Positions 59,988 through 64,000 of a DNA stretch of 64,000 bases are shown here, one piece after another (positions within the stretch are counted from its first letter, which is position 1; each line of letters starts with the position of its first letter). Source of the stretch: an uncultured virus (IMG/VR IMGVR_UViG_3300031521_000018) (lineage: Duplodnaviria; Heunggongvirae; Uroviricota; Caudoviricetes); IMG/VR virus record IMGVR_UViG_3300031521_000018, positions 1-64,000 of that record, one strand, 5' to 3'. Below the pieces are notes generated by a model, which ran no database searches, had not been told where the DNA came from, and saw nothing but the letters and a program-made list of their open reading frames with translations. The translations under genes and the position numbers were made by a program.

Positions 59988-61574
59988 ATGATTGCTAAAC
60001 TATCTGATGATTTACAATATATAACTCTGTTTTTTGAAACAGAGGCTGAACAATTACAAACATCTGTTTACTTCAGGAAGAAAATAGATAATTTCCATTT
60101 TCTACAAAAGAAATTGAAAGCTAAAGGTAAAAGACTTGATGGTATTATAAACTATATGATAGGTGCTGATAAATTAAAGTCAACACAATGGTCTAATTTA
60201 ATGACTATGTGTGAAAGATTTGGATTTCCTATACAACTTCAAAATTTTGATAATCTAATAAGAGATAATATAACTTATGATCAGGTTAAAAAATTTTGCT
60301 ACAGCATGACAGAACATATCGATGATATAGTTCCTTATGATTACCAAGTAGAATCGATATACAATGCTTATAAATATAGGTTCTCAAGACTTGATGTTGG
60401 TACGGGTGGTGGTAAAACACTTACCATGTATTTACTAATGATGCTTCTTAGATATACAGGTCAGGCACATCACATACTTATTATAGAGCCTGACCCACAA
60501 TATGTAATACAAACATATCAAGAATTTACTGACTATTCAAATGGTAGATTCAACCTTAAGATGGGTATGGCTTATGGTGATTCAAAGGATAAAAAGAATA
60601 TAGGTAAATTTGATCATATAATTGGTAATTTTCAAACTTTGGCAAATTTAGATGAAACTTTTTTATCTAAATTTGATACAGTATTTTGTGATGAATCTCA
60701 TAGGTCTACATCATCATCCATAATGAATATAATTAAAAATTGTGGTGTACTTATGAACAGAGTTGGTCTATCAGGCTCACACCCAAAGGTTGGTGATAAT
60801 TCTGAACATTTCACAAACGAGGATAATTTTGGTCTTATATCATACATAATTTCAAAGAGGGATTTGGTTTCTGCAGGTGCTACAACAGATTGTAAAATAA
60901 AACAAATAATAATTGATTTTGCTAGTGATAAGGAAAAATTGCAATTAGCTATTGATAAGGAATATATAGATGACCCTGAGAAAAAATTAAGGTATGAACA
61001 GCAATTTGTAAGATCACACAGAAGACTTTTTGAATGGAAATGTCAATTGGTTAGTAAAATGAAAGGAAACACATTAGTTTATTTTACAGACAAGAAAGGT
61101 GGATATGGCAAACAAATATATGAAAGGCTTATTGAACTTAATATATACCAAAACCTTGGTAAAAAGATATATTTTATCGATGGTGATGTAGAGGTATCAA
61201 CAAGAGAAATAATAAAAAGCGAAATTAAAAATCATACTGAGGGTAACTGTATATTGGTTGCAAACTATTTAACTTTCTCAACGGGTCAATCAATCAAAAA
61301 CTTAGTTAATATTTTGTATGGTGAGGCATTTAAATCTAGTACAACTAATAATCAAACTATGGGTAGATTGGCACGTCTTTATGAGGGTAAAGATATGACA
61401 TATATTTATGATGTAGTTGAATCTACTAACACAAAGAAACAAAATTTGACAACAGGTAAATTGGAGTCAATTGTATCTTATATGCATAAATGGGGAAAGG
61501 AACGTTACTCCTATTATGTATCTGAGGAATTCGAGGTTGAACAAATAAAAATAAATATATCTAAAGACTATTAA
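59988..61574 (+). CDS. uvsW: UvsW-like SF2 DNA helicase
   Basis: Q-motif PYDYQ, GTGGGKT, DESH, GLSGS, FIDG, TFSTGQSIKNL and QTMGRLAR. Confidence 0.9.
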   Translation: MIAKLSDDLQYITLFFETEAEQLQTSVYFRKKIDNFHFLQKKLKAKGKRLDGIINYMIGADKLKSTQWSNLMTMCERFGFPIQLQNFDNLIRDNITYDQVKKFCYSMTEHIDDIVPYDYQVESIYNAYKYRFSRLDVGTGGGKTLTMYLLMMLLRYTGQAHHILIIEPDPQYVIQTYQEFTDYSNGRFNLKMGMAYGDSKDKKNIGKFDHIIGNFQTLANLDETFLSKFDTVFCDESHRSTSSSIMNIIKNCGVLMNRVGLSGSHPKVGDNSEHFTNEDNFGLISYIISKRDLVSAGATTDCKIKQIIIDFASDKEKLQLAIDKEYIDDPEKKLRYEQQFVRSHRRLFEWKCQLVSKMKGNTLVYFTDKKGGYGKQIYERLIELNIYQNLGKKIYFIDGDVEVSTREIIKSEIKNHTEGNCILVANYLTFSTGQSIKNLVNILYGEAFKSSTTNNQTMGRLARLYEGKDMTYIYDVVESTNTKKQNLTTGKLESIVSYMHKWGKERYSYYVSEEFEVEQIKINISKDY

Positions 61575-61595
61575 CAAAATTAAAATTTAAAAACT

Positions 61596-62075
61596 ATGAT
61601 GTACTTCAAAGCACTGATTAAAGAAGAAACCAAAACGGACTTCGGAATAGTACCAAAGACACAAGAATATTATATTCCCGCACTAAATTATACAGATGCT
61701 GAAAATATATTCAAGGAACTTATAAATCTTGATATGATATGTAAAGAATGTATATCTATTGAAAACAGAAAGCAACTTGAATTCAAAAAGATATTGAAGG
61801 AAGAAATTGAGGGTGTTGTTGGTGATGATAGCGATTTTTATTACAAAGTAGCCGTTAAATTTAGTACGGGTGAAGGTAATAAAACAGCAACCAACAATTT
61901 TTATGTTTCAAATGATAGCTGTGATGCATATAAAAAAATATCTGAATATATTAGCAAGGTAGGATATATGTCTGATAGTGAGATAATATCAATAGTTAAA
62001 AAGGATAGAATTAAAACAATCTTCGAAATGACTAACGAGGATTATAAATTGGCGTATGATAATATTGTTAAATAA
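61596..62075 (+). CDS. DUF4494-like protein
   Basis: Duplicated pattern YFKALIK..EYYIPALNYTDAE / FYYKVAVKF..SEIISI resembles the Bacteroidota DUF4494 family. Confidence 0.55.
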   Translation: MMYFKALIKEETKTDFGIVPKTQEYYIPALNYTDAENIFKELINLDMICKECISIENRKQLEFKKILKEEIEGVVGDDSDFYYKVAVKFSTGEGNKTATNNFYVSNDSCDAYKKISEYISKVGYMSDSEIISIVKKDRIKTIFEMTNEDYKLAYDNIVK

Positions 62076-62715
62076 TTTAAAAATATGTGTATATAAGACC
62101 TCTATTAAATTAATAGAGGTCTTAGAATATTTTATGATTTATAAGGAATATAGGTCTTATAACATAAGTAAATTTGGGTATTTTGTAAACATAGATGAAG
62201 ATCAAGAGTCAAAAATAACCCATGTTCATTACACAGGTATAAAAAGATTATACAAACTTGAAACATATGGTGGTAAAACCTTATATGCCACCCAAGACCA
62301 TATACTTCCTATATATCAGGTTACAGAGGTGTTAAAAGGAAATGATAAATTTTTTTCTATTGCTGATCTCAAACACAAAATTGATATGCATACAGGCAGC
62401 AAATATAGTGTTATAAATTCAGGTGGATTCTGTGAGGAGGTAAAATCGATAGAAAAAATATTGGGATTTCATAGAGTATTTGACTTAACTATAAGTAACA
62501 AAATGCATGTATTCGTTGCTAATGGTATCAAAGTGCATAACTGTGTAACTGCCGATACTGGTATAGAAATACTCAACAAAGAAACCTCAGAATTCAATCA
62601 CATTCCAATATTTGAACTGTATTATTCAAACATAAAATCTAAAAATTGGTTAACCAAATTTGAATATTGGTTAACAAAAACAATTTATAAAATAAATAAT
62701 AAAAACAAAGTGTAA
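62056..62715 (+). CDS. Extein-less IntC-IntN fusion (permuted/tandem split-intein protein)
   Basis: Block B YATQDHILP, block F RVFDLTI..HVFVANG and block G KVHN are followed at once (Cys163, 62542-62544) by block A CVTADTGIEI..HIPIFELYY and a 57-aa IntN tail. Confidence 0.85.
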   Translation: MIILLNNLKICVYKTSIKLIEVLEYFMIYKEYRSYNISKFGYFVNIDEDQESKITHVHYTGIKRLYKLETYGGKTLYATQDHILPIYQVTEVLKGNDKFFSIADLKHKIDMHTGSKYSVINSGGFCEEVKSIEKILGFHRVFDLTISNKMHVFVANGIKVHNCVTADTGIEILNKETSEFNHIPIFELYYSNIKSKNWLTKFEYWLTKTIYKINNKNKV

Positions 62716-62725
62716 TTTTACGTTT

Positions 62726-63259
62726 ATGAAAGAAGCTATATTAACATGTGACCAATTAACAGTGTACTCTCCAAATTACCGTGTGAAAATTATTAAACGT
62801 GGACACCGTGGATTTGTTATAGATAATAGCTTTATAAAAATATTCTGTATATCTCATGATGGAATAACGTTTTCATATAAAATTGAAAATAATGATTTTG
62901 AATATACAGATAAAGAATATAAACGCAATAATATAGATGTAATCAAAAATTTTGTAACTGAAAGTAATGAAAAGGATGAATTATACACTTTACTTTCAAC
63001 CGTACTTCTCAATAATAGCATAAATATTTACTCCAAAGATATGTATGCTAAAGCCATACACAACATATGTTCATCTAAAACTTATAAAAGTGATATTCTT
63101 CCTATACCATGTGATGAATATAGCTTTTATGAACTAATAGAGGAATGGTACACAAATAATGAAAGCGAAAATGATGAAGAACTGTTAACCAAGATTTTAC
63201 AAATTCTTCTTTTTGAATGTGAAGCCAACAATATTGATATTAATAAATTATTTGTATGA
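62726..63259 (+). CDS. Hypothetical protein
   Basis: 177 aa; overlaps the next start. Confidence 0.6.
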   Translation: MKEAILTCDQLTVYSPNYRVKIIKRGHRGFVIDNSFIKIFCISHDGITFSYKIENNDFEYTDKEYKRNNIDVIKNFVTESNEKDELYTLLSTVLLNNSINIYSKDMYAKAIHNICSSKTYKSDILPIPCDEYSFYELIEEWYTNNESENDEELLTKILQILLFECEANNIDINKLFV

Positions 63260-63999
63260 CAAAGAAAGAATTTGTAAATTGGTTAATCGATGAATTAACT
63301 GAGGGTGGTACTATTCCCGCCTCACCTAAAGTCCATAGAATTGAAACCATAATTAATAACACAAGGGATTATTATTATGAGTTATCTGATTTATCTCATG
63401 AATTTTGCTATATAGTAATAAGACAAACAGCATTTAATACACCATTGTTCAAGGCAAAGCGACAAATAGCTATGCCTGATGCTACTCATGCTATAACTAG
63501 AATACGCACATTGTCAGGTAATTTTAATGATGGCTTGTATACAGGTAAAGACACAGATTTTAAGCAAACCAATTGGAATTTTGCAATGGGTATAGCGGGT
63601 GATTCAGGTGCTATGCTTACAGCCATAACATATAATTTTTATACATCATTTTTAACAAATTTTATGGTTAAAGATTTGATATATGATTTTAATCAGAATA
63701 CCCATATGATAACGGTTGATGGTCAAGATATGAAATCAAGTGTACTTGCTGAATGTAGTATGAAAATACCCGAAGAAATGTTATATAATGATGTGATGTT
63801 TAAGAAATATTGCCTTGGTAAATGTAAAGTGTCATTCGCCAATATCGTAGCATTCACAGATCAAAAATTGATTGGTGGTTATAAAATAAATTTTACGGAA
63901 ATTAAAAGTGATGGTAAAGATATGATAAAAGAAGTGGATAAATATCTTATGGACTACCAATTAAATTCTGCATCGCTTGGAATCATGTATACAGATTAA
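63256..63999 (+). CDS. Neck/head-completion protein (gp13-like)
   Basis: MTKKEFVNWLIDEL..YDFNQNTH..IPEEMLYNDVMFKKY..LIGGYKINF..DGK. Confidence 0.7.
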   Translation: MTKKEFVNWLIDELTEGGTIPASPKVHRIETIINNTRDYYYELSDLSHEFCYIVIRQTAFNTPLFKAKRQIAMPDATHAITRIRTLSGNFNDGLYTGKDTDFKQTNWNFAMGIAGDSGAMLTAITYNFYTSFLTNFMVKDLIYDFNQNTHMITVDGQDMKSSVLAECSMKIPEEMLYNDVMFKKYCLGKCKVSFANIVAFTDQKLIGGYKINFTEIKSDGKDMIKEVDKYLMDYQLNSASLGIMYTD

Positions 64000-64000
64000 A

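Noticed and set aside
62056..62715. Ordinary cis mini-intein or Hint-domain toxin
   Set aside because: Block order is B-F-G then A (permuted), there is no N-terminal block A, and the sequence after HN is itself intein-like rather than an extein or toxin.
1..64000. Stop-codon reassignment (TAG or TGA), as in some Bacteroidota megaphages, as a cause of gene fragmentation
   Set aside because: Long genes are intact in code 11. Reading through the TerL TGA (39500) or TAG (18012) hits TAA within a few codons.

Overview
This is an AT-rich, densely coding 64-kb segment of a large T4-like (myovirus-type) jumbo phage genome in the standard genetic code. The host is probably Bacteroidota: starts are A-rich without Shine-Dalgarno motifs, and there is a DUF4494-like gene. 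Structural genes (neck, tail terminator, baseplate and fibre-like) are scattered on both strands, mostly behind a TAAATA late-promoter-like motif. They are interleaved with replication/recombination genes (NAD ligase, clamp, SSB, a PolB N-terminal half, Mre11/Rad50, UvsW), GroES/GroEL and a class II RNR. Main discoveries: (1) The large terminase is fragmented. An atypically split intein C-fragment is fused to the ATPase core (39500-40588) and the nuclease is a separate gene (18012-18848). A third ORF (62056-62715) is only IntC fused directly to IntN (VHN|CVTADT) with no extein, a candidate intein adaptor for a multi-step protein trans-splicing relay. (2) A PurZ-like synthetase occurs with phage-encoded PurB, guanylate kinase, a MazG-like enzyme and an adenosine-deaminase-like enzyme, a candidate self-contained 2-aminoadenine (Z) DNA pathway. 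(3) A tRNA-like cloverleaf with an expanded anticodon loop lies upstream of SSB. (4) A perfect chromosomal-type parS lies beside a structured RNA candidate and a large HTH protein. (5) A 1045-aa protein is punctuated by about 12 (V/I)NE prohead-protease-like sites. All calls come from reading motifs by eye; no database searches were run.
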